Assembly: GCA_964558965.1 (NCBI GenBank)
Contig: CAZLGZ010000002.1
Location: forward strand, 1 to 42,235
Reading direction: 5' to 3'
DNA from: an uncultured Flavobacteriaceae bacterium
GTDB lineage: Bacteria; Bacteroidota; Bacteroidia; Flavobacteriales; Flavobacteriaceae
DNA length: 42,235 nt
How positions within the stretch are numbered: the first letter of the stretch is position 1; each line of letters opens with the position of its first letter. The notes beneath the pieces are model-generated. The model ran no database searches, was not told the DNA's origin, and saw only the letters and a program-made list of their open reading frames with translations. This document shows, piece by piece, positions 1 through 10,352 of this stretch. Both the position numbers and the translations under genes were made by a program.

Positions 1-901
1 TTCCTGTATAACGAGACGAAGCCAGTCGTTGGAATGGGATATCGTTCTTTTCTGCTGTTTCCAAAATGCGCTCCCGCAATCTATTCTGGATTGCTGGGGC
101 ATAAGAAACAACAGGACCTCTTCCTATAGCGGTATCGCCCTCTTTCTTCTGCTCAATCATCGGTGTAGTCGTATCGTGACATACATCAGTGACAATCGCC
201 ACGTTGGGCTTCAGTCGTTGGGTAATCATTTCCGCTCCACGAAGTCCAATTTCTTCTTGAACGGAGTTGGTGATGTACAAACCGAAAGGCAGTTTAATGT
301 TGTTTTCGTGCAGCAGGCGGCCCACTTCGGCAATCATAAAGCCACCAGCACGGTTATCCAGTGCACGGCAAACAAATTTGTCTTTATTCAGGACCTGAAA
401 TTCATCGGGGTAGGTAATTACACAGCCTACATGGACGCCCATGGCTTCCACTTCTTCCTTGTCCTTGGCCCCTATATCAATAAAGATGTTATCGAGCTTG
501 GGGGGTTGTTCCTTTTCTCCTTTTCGCGTGTGAATCGCAGGCCAACCAAAAACACCTTTGACAATACCATTTTTGGTGTGGATGTTTACCCATTTCGAAG
601 GAGCGATTTGGTGATCAGAACCTCCGTTTCGAATTACATAAATCAGGCCCTTATCTGTGATGTAATTTACGTACCAGGAAATCTCATCCGAGTGGGCCTC
701 AATGACGACTTTGTACTCTGCTTCTGGATTAATTACCGCAACGGCAGTTCCGTAAGTATCGGTGATGAACTCATCCACATAGGGTTTGAGGTAATCCATC
801 CAGATCTTTTGGCCTTCCCATTCATAACCCGTTGGTGAAGCGTTGTTGAGGTATTTTTCCAAAAACGCCATGGATTTTTCATTCAACAGAGACGTAGACA
901 T
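1..901 (-). CDS. M42 family metallopeptidase (3' end runs off the window)
   Basis: Not in the ORF track. Manual minus-strand translation from ATG 901 gives MSTSLLNEKSMAFLEKYLNNASPTGYEWEGQKIWMDYLKPYVDEFITDTYGTAVAVINPEAEYKVVIEAHSDEISWYV, with the SPTGYE and AHxDEI motifs of M42 aminopeptidases. Confidence 0.9.
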   Translation of the reverse strand, partial: MSTSLLNEKSMAFLEKYLNNASPTGYEWEGQKIWMDYLKPYVDEFITDTYGTAVAVINPEAEYKVVIEAHSDEISWYVNYITDKGLIYVIRNGGSDHQIAPSKWVNIHTKNGIVKGVFGWPAIHTRKGEKEQPPKLDNIFIDIGAKDKEEVEAMGVHVGCVITYPDEFQVLNKDKFVCRALDNRAGGFMIAEVGRLLHENNIKLPFGLYITNSVQEEIGLRGAEMITQRLKPNVAIVTDVCHDTTTPMIEQKKEGDTAIGRGPVVSYAPAIQNRLRERILETAEKNDIPFQRLASSRYTG

Positions 902-932
902 AGATATTGAGTTTTATTTATGTGAAGAAGAA

Positions 933-940
933 CAAACTTA
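933..940 (-). promoter_or_regulatory. Bacteroidota sigma-A -7 element (TAAGTTTG) for the M42 peptidase
   Basis: Exact TAnnTTTG match 31 nt upstream of the ATG. Confidence 0.6.
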
Positions 941-984
941 ACAATTATCACCCTGATTTAATAGTAAAGCCCCTCGCGATTTTT

Positions 985-992
985 TAAATTTG
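985..992 (+). promoter_or_regulatory. -7 element (TAAATTTG) for the 1018 gene
   Basis: Exact TAnnTTTG match 25 nt upstream of the ATG, divergent from the peptidase promoter. Confidence 0.55.
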
Positions 993-1017
993 GAACTGTT
1001 TTTGTGGCTGTTTTCTC

Positions 1018-1698
1018 ATGAAAAAATACCTCCTTCTCCTTTGTTGTAGTATCGGCTTGATGACTCAGGCACAGGTTGTCGAAAATGACAGCTTGACGGA
1101 GTACATGGTTAAAATGCCACAAGACTCTCTGTTTTCCAGCTCAATACCCCTTGATGAGGTCTACCTCTTTGGGAAGCTGGAATTCGCAGATCGAAAGGAA
1201 CGTCTGCGCTATTACGTTCTTCGGCGCAAGACCTTGAAGGTTTACCCTTATGCGAAATTAGCCGCTGATCGCCTGGTTGAACTGAATGATAGCCTGAAGA
1301 AAATCACCAAGCCCCGAAAAAGAAAGAAGTACACCAAAGAGGTGCAGAAGTACATTGAGGGAGAGTTTTCGGAGGAATTGAAAAAATTGACCCGCACCGA
1401 GGGTCAGATCTTGATCAAGCTTATCCATCGTCAAACCGGTAAGACGGCTTTTGAGCTGGTTAAAGAACTGCGAAGTGGGTGGAGAGCTTTCTGGTACAGT
1501 ACCACGGCGAGAGCGTTTAAAATTCGGATGAAAGAAGAGTTTCAGCCCGAGCTCATTCATGAAGACTATTTAATCGAAGATATCTTACAACGTGCCTTTG
1601 CCTATAACCGCTTAGAGCGCCAGAAATCCAAGCTCAATTACGACTACGCGAGTTTGAGTAACAAATGGAAGAAAGACCTTCCAAAGGCTCCGGAATAA
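1018..1698 (+). CDS. DUF4294-like secreted protein
   Basis: Signal peptide ending AQ. KVYPYAK and LKKLTRTEGQILIKLIHRQTG...GWRAFWY motifs recalled as typical of this Bacteroidota family. Confidence 0.75.
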   Translation: MKKYLLLLCCSIGLMTQAQVVENDSLTEYMVKMPQDSLFSSSIPLDEVYLFGKLEFADRKERLRYYVLRRKTLKVYPYAKLAADRLVELNDSLKKITKPRKRKKYTKEVQKYIEGEFSEELKKLTRTEGQILIKLIHRQTGKTAFELVKELRSGWRAFWYSTTARAFKIRMKEEFQPELIHEDYLIEDILQRAFAYNRLERQKSKLNYDYASLSNKWKKDLPKAPE

Positions 1699-1713
1699 AA
1701 AGGAAACTTCCGC

Positions 1714-1941
1714 CTATTTTTTCTTGCCGAAGAAAGCGTCTACCACTGTTTTTACGCCGACAAAACCCAGGACTATTGCAGCAATAGCCAAAGATAAACC
1801 CAACACCAGTACAGGCCAGAACCATTGGTGAGTGGTGTTTTTGAAGGCTTGAGAGAGCACCAGTGGACCGGCCACCATACAGGGAAGACTGATCAATAGG
1901 CGTTGGAAGCCTTTTACTAAGAGAGCTCGATCGGTGTGCAT
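1714..1941 (-). CDS. Small two-TM membrane protein (DUF6095-like)
   Basis: 75 aa with two hydrophobic segments and a GP motif. It fills the gap between genes and has a consensus promoter immediately upstream. Confidence 0.7.
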   Translation of the reverse strand: MHTDRALLVKGFQRLLISLPCMVAGPLVLSQAFKNTTHQWFWPVLVLGLSLAIAAIVLGFVGVKTVVDAFFGKKK

Positions 1942-1945
1942 AATG

Positions 1946-1953
1946 CAAAATTA
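1946..1953 (-). promoter_or_regulatory. -7 element (TAATTTTG) 4 nt before ATG 1941
   Basis: Exact TAnnTTTG match. The spacing implies a leaderless transcript. Confidence 0.6.
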
Positions 1954-1991
1954 CCTATATTTTCGATCTTCAGGACCCTAACATTCCTTTT

Positions 1992-3344
1992 ATGCCCTAT
2001 TCCTTACTCGTCATTGTCTCTTTGGTGGCCTTGATCATATTTTGCAGTCTTCGCCTAAAATGGCACCCGGTATTTAGTCTGTTGACAGCTGCTCTCTTAG
2101 GAGGGTTAGCACTGGGGTTAAATCCTGAGGAATTAAGCAAGACCATCGCGGCAGGCTTTGGTTCCACCCTGGGAAGTATCGGTTTGGTTATCGCATTAGG
2201 AACGGTCATTGGTCATTATTTGGAACAAACAGGAGGCACGCGCTATATCGCGGATAAACTACTGCAGTGGACCGGTCCAGCAAGGGCTCCTTGGGCACTT
2301 AATATTGCTGGGTTTGTCATCTCTATACCGGTATTTTGTGACTCTGGTTTTATCGTGCTTTCCCCGCTGACCAAATCTCTGGCGCAACGGTCGAACTGGT
2401 CTCGCTTGGTTTTAAGCATCGCTTTGGCAACCGGCCTGTACGCCGCTCATGTATTTGTTCCGCCGACACCTGGTCCTTTGGCTGCGGCAGCCTTGCTCGA
2501 CGCCAATTTGGGATTACTCTTGGGATGGGGACTCCTCGTTGGATTAATCGCTGCCACCACGGGTTATCTCTGGGCACGTTTTGGATTATCTTCTCAAAAG
2601 GCCAAAGAAGATCCACAGGAAATGAAGAACGAAGAACTAATTCAATCGTCCCGTCCAACTGGGGGTGCGGGTCATTTTTTACCGGTCCTGATTCCCGTCC
2701 TGCTTATCGGCTTGGGCTCCGTGGCCAATTGGCCGGGAAGCGCCTTGGAATCTGCCGGAATGTTTACCCTCGTGTTGCAATTCTTGGGGTCTCCTGTAAT
2801 TGCCTTGGGTGTCGGATTGTTGTTTAGTTTTCTTCTGGCAAAACGCTTTGCGGTAAAAGAGCAGCAATCTTGGATTCTGAAGGCATTTGAGCAAGCGGGG
2901 GTTATTCTCTTGGTCACCGGAACGGGTGGAGCCTTTGGTGCGGTATTAAAGACCGTCGATTTGGCTTCCATGCTTCCTTTGTCGGGAGATTCGGCCTGGG
3001 GAGCCCTGTTGGTCTTTTTTGCTTTGTCCGCCCTTTTGAAATCGGCCCAGGGATCTTCTACGGTGGCCATCCTAACGGTGAGCTCAATTGCAGCCCCTTT
3101 GTTAGGGGAGGTGGGATTGGCTAACCCTCTTGGCCGCGTATGTGCGGTATTGGCCATCGGTGCAGGGGCGATGACTGTTTCGCATGTAAACGACAGTTAT
3201 TTCTGGGTAGTGAACCAGTTTACTGGCTTGACGGTTAAACAAAGCTTAAGGTCCCTTACACTGGCCACTGGATTACAAGGTGTGGTGAGTATTGCCTCTG
3301 TAATCGCACTTTACTTGGTCCTGGGATCTACTCTTGAATCGTAA
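1992..3344 (+). CDS. GntP family gluconate:H+ symporter-like permease
   Basis: Highly hydrophobic 450 aa with IPVFCDSGF, HVFVPPTPGP, AQGSSTVA and SHVNDSYFW motifs. Confidence 0.9.
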   Translation: MPYSLLVIVSLVALIIFCSLRLKWHPVFSLLTAALLGGLALGLNPEELSKTIAAGFGSTLGSIGLVIALGTVIGHYLEQTGGTRYIADKLLQWTGPARAPWALNIAGFVISIPVFCDSGFIVLSPLTKSLAQRSNWSRLVLSIALATGLYAAHVFVPPTPGPLAAAALLDANLGLLLGWGLLVGLIAATTGYLWARFGLSSQKAKEDPQEMKNEELIQSSRPTGGAGHFLPVLIPVLLIGLGSVANWPGSALESAGMFTLVLQFLGSPVIALGVGLLFSFLLAKRFAVKEQQSWILKAFEQAGVILLVTGTGGAFGAVLKTVDLASMLPLSGDSAWGALLVFFALSALLKSAQGSSTVAILTVSSIAAPLLGEVGLANPLGRVCAVLAIGAGAMTVSHVNDSYFWVVNQFTGLTVKQSLRSLTLATGLQGVVSIASVIALYLVLGSTLES

Positions 3345-4218
3345 GGGTAGCTTTAAATTCCTGTACAATGGCAAAATACCCTAAAGGAAAGACTTCCGGC
3401 TGGCTAACATTGTCCACGACTTCGTCGTTGTCCAGATCGGTTACATCAAAGACATTACCGCGTACAATGGCCACCGGGGTTTGAAAAACCCCACCATCAT
3501 CTTGGGTTTGCTCAATAAGCAGTGTCATGTAGTCGTAAAAACCCTGATCGGCTCCCAGAATACTCACTTCAATTTCATCTCCGGGCTCTAAATCTGTGTC
3601 GTAGAAATAGGAAAACTCAAAGGGTTGCCCGTCGAAGAACTGATCCTCAACGGTCAAGAATTCACTGAACCCAAAGTCAAAGACATAGTAGTTGTCCTCT
3701 AAGGGGGTGTCCGTTATCTGCACAATGACCTCTGTGTCGTCCTCGCTGAAGAGGATATCATCTCCCTGTCGTAGTTCATGGATTTCGACACTGGGAACAA
3801 ATCGAGTCCTCGCAAAATAAAGTCTACCCTCGTGGACGATCTGTAATATCAACTCGCCGTTTGTGAAAAACTCAACAAATACGGGGTCTTGATCACTGTA
3901 GATACCGGTTCCCGGTTCCACTTCTTCCAATACAATGAAACCAGTGCCAAGACCGTCATTACCCAAATTCGAGATGGTCATTTGGGTAATATTGGACACG
4001 GGTTCGGCCTGGTTAAAGAAGGGCGTGCTCCGGGTTACCCTGATCTCAGGCCGGAAAAAGGTTTGACTCGTATCGATTCGTATGATGGCATCGACAACCA
4101 GTCGCTGTTCCTCTGCCGGAACCTCTACTTCGATCACATCTTCGCAGCCCCATCCCACACTGGCCACAAGCAGGAGGAAAATTCCTTTCTTGAGAAGAGT
4201 CAAACGGAGAGGTTTCAT
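3328..4218 (-). CDS. DUF4249-like outer-membrane lipoprotein, paralog 2
   Basis: Lipobox GWG-C followed by acidic EDVIEVE, and C-terminal VRGN...PLGYF. Lies downstream of the TonB receptor and overlaps its paralog by 4 nt. Confidence 0.8.
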   Translation of the reverse strand: MKPLRLTLLKKGIFLLLVASVGWGCEDVIEVEVPAEEQRLVVDAIIRIDTSQTFFRPEIRVTRSTPFFNQAEPVSNITQMTISNLGNDGLGTGFIVLEEVEPGTGIYSDQDPVFVEFFTNGELILQIVHEGRLYFARTRFVPSVEIHELRQGDDILFSEDDTEVIVQITDTPLEDNYYVFDFGFSEFLTVEDQFFDGQPFEFSYFYDTDLEPGDEIEVSILGADQGFYDYMTLLIEQTQDDGGVFQTPVAIVRGNVFDVTDLDNDEVVDNVSQPEVFPLGYFAIVQEFKATLTIQE

Positions 4219-5087
4219 TCTTGTTCTTCTAGGGTTAAAGTGGCTTTGAATTCCTGCACGACGGCAAAGTAACCCAAGGGAAATACGTCGGGTTGAGAAA
4301 CATTATCGACCACTTGATCATTGTCCAAATCGGTGACATCGAAGATGTTTCCTCTAACGGTAGCCACAGGCGTCTCGAAGACGCCACCGTCGTTTTGTGT
4401 CTGTTCAATGAGTAGGGTCATATAGTCGAAAAAGCCTTGATCGGCGCCCAGTATACTCACCTGCAGCTCTTGCCCGGTCTCTAATTCTTCTTCATAGAAA
4501 TAAGAAAACTCAAAGGTTTGCCCATTGAAGAATTGATCCTGAACAGTCAAGAATTCGCTGAAACCAAAATCAAAGACATAGAAATTTTCTTGATCTGCGG
4601 TGTCCGTTATCTCGACAATGACTTCGGTATCGTCTTCACTAAAAAGGATATCGTCTCCTTGTTCTAAGCGGTTGATTTCTACACTGGGTACAAATTCTGT
4701 TCGCGCGAAGTAAAGTCGATCTTCGTGTTCGATTTGTAAAATTAGTGGCCCCGAAAGGAGGGTGTCTACTGGAAAAGGTTCTGGATCGCGGTAGATCCCT
4801 GAACCGGGCTCTGTTTCTTCCAGGACCATGAATTCTTGTCCTGTTCCGTTCTCATTCAGGGCGGCCAAGGTCATTTGGGTGATATTGGAAACTGGTTGAA
4901 CCGCATCAAAAAAGGAGGCGGTCTGGGTCACGCGAATTTCGGGTTGAATAAAGGCTTGACTCGTGTCTACCCGTATAATGGCATCAATGACCAAACGCGG
5001 GGCTTCAGAGGGTACCTCGACCTCGATTACATCTTCACAAGCCGTGATAACACCGGCTAATAGGAGTAGGGCTAGAATACGGCGCAT
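4215..5087 (-). CDS. DUF4249-like outer-membrane lipoprotein, paralog 1
   Basis: Lipobox ITA-C-EDVIEVE with the same C-terminal motifs. Starts 3 nt after the TonB receptor stop. Confidence 0.8.
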   Translation of the reverse strand: MRRILALLLLAGVITACEDVIEVEVPSEAPRLVIDAIIRVDTSQAFIQPEIRVTQTASFFDAVQPVSNITQMTLAALNENGTGQEFMVLEETEPGSGIYRDPEPFPVDTLLSGPLILQIEHEDRLYFARTEFVPSVEINRLEQGDDILFSEDDTEVIVEITDTADQENFYVFDFGFSEFLTVQDQFFNGQTFEFSYFYEEELETGQELQVSILGADQGFFDYMTLLIEQTQNDGGVFETPVATVRGNIFDVTDLDNDQVVDNVSQPDVFPLGYFAVVQEFKATLTLEEQE

Positions 5088-5090
5088 AGC

Positions 5091-7523
5091 TTAGAATTTA
5101 AAGTTATAGGTGACGGATGGAATGATCCCGAAAATGGACGTTCGCACGGCTTCATTGGCTCCCGTTTCATTGTTCTGACGGAAGTTGATCGAAGCGGCAT
5201 TCATCCGGTTATAGGCGTTGTAAATACTGAATACCCATTCGCCCTGAAAGGAGCTGCCCGGTTTTTGCTTGGTCAGCAGTTTGGCTGACAAATCCAAGCG
5301 GTGATAATCCGGCAGGCGTTCCTGATTTCTGAATCCATAAATAGGTACACTCAGGCCTTGAAATTCAAACTGCCCTACAGGGTAGTTGGTGGGTTGACCG
5401 GTCTGGTAGACAAAGTTGGCATTCAAACTGAATCGCGGACTGAGTTCTAAATTTCCGAAAAGGGAAAGATCGTGGGTCTTATCAAAAGGAGTGACGTACC
5501 ATTCGCCCCGGTTTATACCCGTTTCTAAACCAGATCGACCGTTATCAATTCCCAGATCTCGACCCGGGGTCCTTTGTTCTGATCGAGACAGGGTATAGGC
5601 CAGCCAGCCGGTAAAAGAACCCGTATTCTTTCGAAGCAAGAATTCCAAACCGTAGGCCCGGGCTTCTCCATTGAGAATCACCCGTTCAATCGCTTCATTA
5701 GCGATGAGGTCAGCCCCGTCTATGTAGTCGATTCGGTTATCGATATCCTTGTAAAACCCTTCAATCTCCAGGGAATAAGCTCCGTTCTTAATATCCCGGA
5801 AATAACCCGCTGCATATTGATTCACCAACTGGGGCTCTACAAAAGGCCCACTGGGCGTCCAGACATCCAAAGGAGTAGGGGAGCTGGTGTTAGAGAGCAA
5901 ATGCAGGTACTGGGCCATACGTGTGGCACTGGCTTTTATGGCTGATTTTCCATTAAAACTCCACGAAACCGAAAGGCGAGGTTCCCAATTGAAGAAGCGT
6001 TTTAAACTTCCGCTTCGACCTGGACTCAAGGTATCGATCGGTGTGGCCTCTTGGTAGACCAATAAAAAGGGATCAAACTCTACGGGATTATCATTCTCGT
6101 AGACAAAGAACTCTTCTTGACCTAGTCGATCAAAATGGGAAGCACGTATCCCGTAGTTGACGCTGAGCCCCTCGGTGATTTCTTGTTCGACATCGATATA
6201 AGCGGCAGTCTCGTTCGCATATTTTTTAGTCAATTGCTCTTGAATAATTCCGGAGTCCGCTCGGTTGGGCTCGATTTCACCTGGATTGAAGACGTAGTAA
6301 ATGTTGTTTAACCCATAGTTGATTTGCAATTTGTCGTTGACGTAATGTTTTAAGTCGTACTTCAAATTGAAATTCTGAATCCCTGAATTCCAGCGGAAAC
6401 CGACAAAATCCAATTCCAGACCGTAGTAGTAGTCAGAGTAGATCAACGAAAGGTTAGAAAAGAGACGATCTGAGAAGAGGTGGGTCCAACGCAGGTTACC
6501 TACGCCATTACCGTACTCGTTGATAAAGCGTTCGTTAATACTGAATAAATCACGGCCAAAATAACCTGAGATGTACAGGTTGTTACGCTCGTTGAGCTTG
6601 AAGTTCAACTTGGTATTTAAGTCGTAAAAATAGGCTCGGTTGTCAATGTCAAAGAGGGGAAGAAAGAGGTGTGCATAGGAGCCTCGACCTCCGACCAAAA
6701 AGGAGCTTTTATTCTTTTTAATTGGTCCTTCCATCAAGAGGCGGCTGGCCACGGCACCAATACCTCCTTGAACTTTAAGCTCTTTGCTGTTTCCTTCTTT
6801 CTGAAAAATTTCAAGAACAGAAGAAACACGACCACCATATCGGGCTGGAATTCCTCCTTTATACAGTTTGATGTCCTTGATGGCATCTGGGTTAAATACA
6901 GAAAAGAAGCCAAACAAGTGGGAGGAATTAAAGATGATGGCTTCATCCAACAAGATGAGGTTTTGATCCGTAGCACCCCCCCGAACATTAAATCCGGAAG
7001 AGGCCTCTCCGGCATTGGTAACCCCAGGAAGCAAGACCAGCGATTTTATCACATCCGCCTCTCCGAGAACGACGGGAATTTGTTTTATAGTGCTTACAGC
7101 CAAGGTGTTCACACTCATTTGTGGCTTGCGAATATCCAGCTTTTCAACGTCTTCGGTGACCACAACTTCTTCGAGTTGTTCCGCCGCTTCATCCATAAAG
7201 AGGTTAAGGCTAACATCTTTATTGAGTTCAATGGTTCGTCTAATATCCTGGAAGCCTAACGAACTAATCCAAACGACGTACTCGCCCGCCGGAAGGGTGA
7301 TGGAATAGAATCCATACTCGTTGGTCGTGGTTCCGGTTTGGAGTTCGGGGATGGCAATGGTTGCACCGATTAAGGTTTCGTTACTGGCCGCTTCTCGAAT
7401 AGTTCCACTGAGCGTAAAGCGTTCTTGGGCTTGTGTCGTGTCGGGTAATAAACACAAGGCCAATAGGCCCCATAACAAGATGCTTCTCATGCCGGTTAGC
7501 AGAGAATGAGTAAAGTGTTGCAT
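5091..7523 (-). CDS. TonB-dependent receptor with N-terminal CarboxypepD_reg-like domain
   Basis: ETLIGAT...TNEYGFYS N-terminal domain, plug motifs LLPGV and FNVRGG...NLILLD, and a C-terminal Phe (YNFKF). Start placed at ATG 7523 (A at -3); TTG 7529 and ATG 7490 are alternatives. Confidence 0.9.
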   Translation of the reverse strand: MQHFTHSLLTGMRSILLWGLLALCLLPDTTQAQERFTLSGTIREAASNETLIGATIAIPELQTGTTTNEYGFYSITLPAGEYVVWISSLGFQDIRRTIELNKDVSLNLFMDEAAEQLEEVVVTEDVEKLDIRKPQMSVNTLAVSTIKQIPVVLGEADVIKSLVLLPGVTNAGEASSGFNVRGGATDQNLILLDEAIIFNSSHLFGFFSVFNPDAIKDIKLYKGGIPARYGGRVSSVLEIFQKEGNSKELKVQGGIGAVASRLLMEGPIKKNKSSFLVGGRGSYAHLFLPLFDIDNRAYFYDLNTKLNFKLNERNNLYISGYFGRDLFSINERFINEYGNGVGNLRWTHLFSDRLFSNLSLIYSDYYYGLELDFVGFRWNSGIQNFNLKYDLKHYVNDKLQINYGLNNIYYVFNPGEIEPNRADSGIIQEQLTKKYANETAAYIDVEQEITEGLSVNYGIRASHFDRLGQEEFFVYENDNPVEFDPFLLVYQEATPIDTLSPGRSGSLKRFFNWEPRLSVSWSFNGKSAIKASATRMAQYLHLLSNTSSPTPLDVWTPSGPFVEPQLVNQYAAGYFRDIKNGAYSLEIEGFYKDIDNRIDYIDGADLIANEAIERVILNGEARAYGLEFLLRKNTGSFTGWLAYTLSRSEQRTPGRDLGIDNGRSGLETGINRGEWYVTPFDKTHDLSLFGNLELSPRFSLNANFVYQTGQPTNYPVGQFEFQGLSVPIYGFRNQERLPDYHRLDLSAKLLTKQKPGSSFQGEWVFSIYNAYNRMNAASINFRQNNETGANEAVRTSIFGIIPSVTYNFKF

Positions 7524-7639
7524 TGTCAAATGGTGATCATTAAGTTGGTAAACAAAGCTCTAGACCAACATAATGCTCCATTGAAAGAAATCAGGGGGTA
7601 TACCTTCAGAGAAGTCGATTAGTGTTAGATGGTCTTCCT

Positions 7640-7690
7640 CTAAGGTAAAGAAAGATACCCTAACCCACTCGGAATTAACAGTTCCTTAAA
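7640..7690 (-). promoter_or_regulatory. Putative activator-dependent promoter of the TonB operon
   Basis: The minus strand reads TTTAAG-N5-GTTAAT-N26-TACCTTAG, the same geometry as at htrA and the sensor kinase. Confidence 0.4.
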
Positions 7691-7692
7691 GT

Positions 7693-9933
<2,241 letters not shown>

Positions 9934-9943
9934 TTAAGCGGTG

Positions 9944-9951
9944 CAAATATA
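9944..9951 (-). promoter_or_regulatory. -7 element (TATATTTG) of icd
   Basis: Exact TAnnTTTG match 22 nt upstream of the icd ATG, downstream of the 10009-10050 hairpin. Confidence 0.65.
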
Positions 9952-10002
9952 CAACATTTGCCGCGCCTTTTGGGTAGGAATTGCGGCTTAAGCCCCATAA
10001 AT

Positions 10003-10050
10003 AAAAGGAAAAGCCATATGCCCGGGATTGAACGCAAGCATATGGCTTTT
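10003..10050 (-). terminator. Intrinsic terminator-like hairpin
   Basis: 13-bp perfect inverted repeat AAAAGCCATATGC (10009-10021) / GCATATGGCTTTT (10038-10050). It extends by two G-U pairs plus one G-C only on the minus strand, where CCTTTTATTT follows. Confidence 0.7.
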
Positions 10051-10230
10051 GAAAGAGGCCTTGCCTCTTTGAAATAGTCCTCACCCAAGCTCTTACCATA
10101 GGAAGTTAAAGTTCGGACTATCGGTTACGAAGAACTTTTGATTCTTGTCAGGAGATACTACCTGGGTACTCCGCTTACAGACCAAAATCTTCTGAAGTGT
10201 TGATCACCCTACTAGGTTGATCGGTAATTC
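10003..10230 (-). ncRNA. Putative structured non-coding RNA, family not recognised
   Basis: Five consecutive stem-loops in a non-coding gap, with upstream -7-like elements and a 3' terminator. See findings. Confidence 0.55.
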
Positions 10231-10294
10231 TTACAGCAAGATAGAGAAAAATACTCTTCGCGATATGAAAAGTAATTAACTGGAAATAAACAGC

Positions 10295-10327
10295 TTATCC
10301 ACAAGAGTTATGCACAATTGTGAACAG
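10295..10327. promoter_or_regulatory. DnaA-box cluster
   Basis: TTATCCACA (10295-10303, perfect), TTATGCACA (10308-10316, fits TTWTNCACA) and an inverted CTGTTCACA (10319-10327, 2 mismatches), with AT-rich flanks. Confidence 0.7.
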
Positions 10328-10352
10328 CAAAAATAAAAATGAAAAGGGTGGA

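Noticed and set aside
29-838. 269-aa plus-strand ORF
   Set aside because: It is the antisense shadow of the M42 peptidase and has no recognisable motifs.
10003-10230. The structured region as an icd riboswitch, 6S, SRP, RNase P or tmRNA
   Set aside because: icd has its own promoter after the terminator, and I saw none of the hallmark sequences or folds of those RNAs. An attenuator role is not fully excluded.
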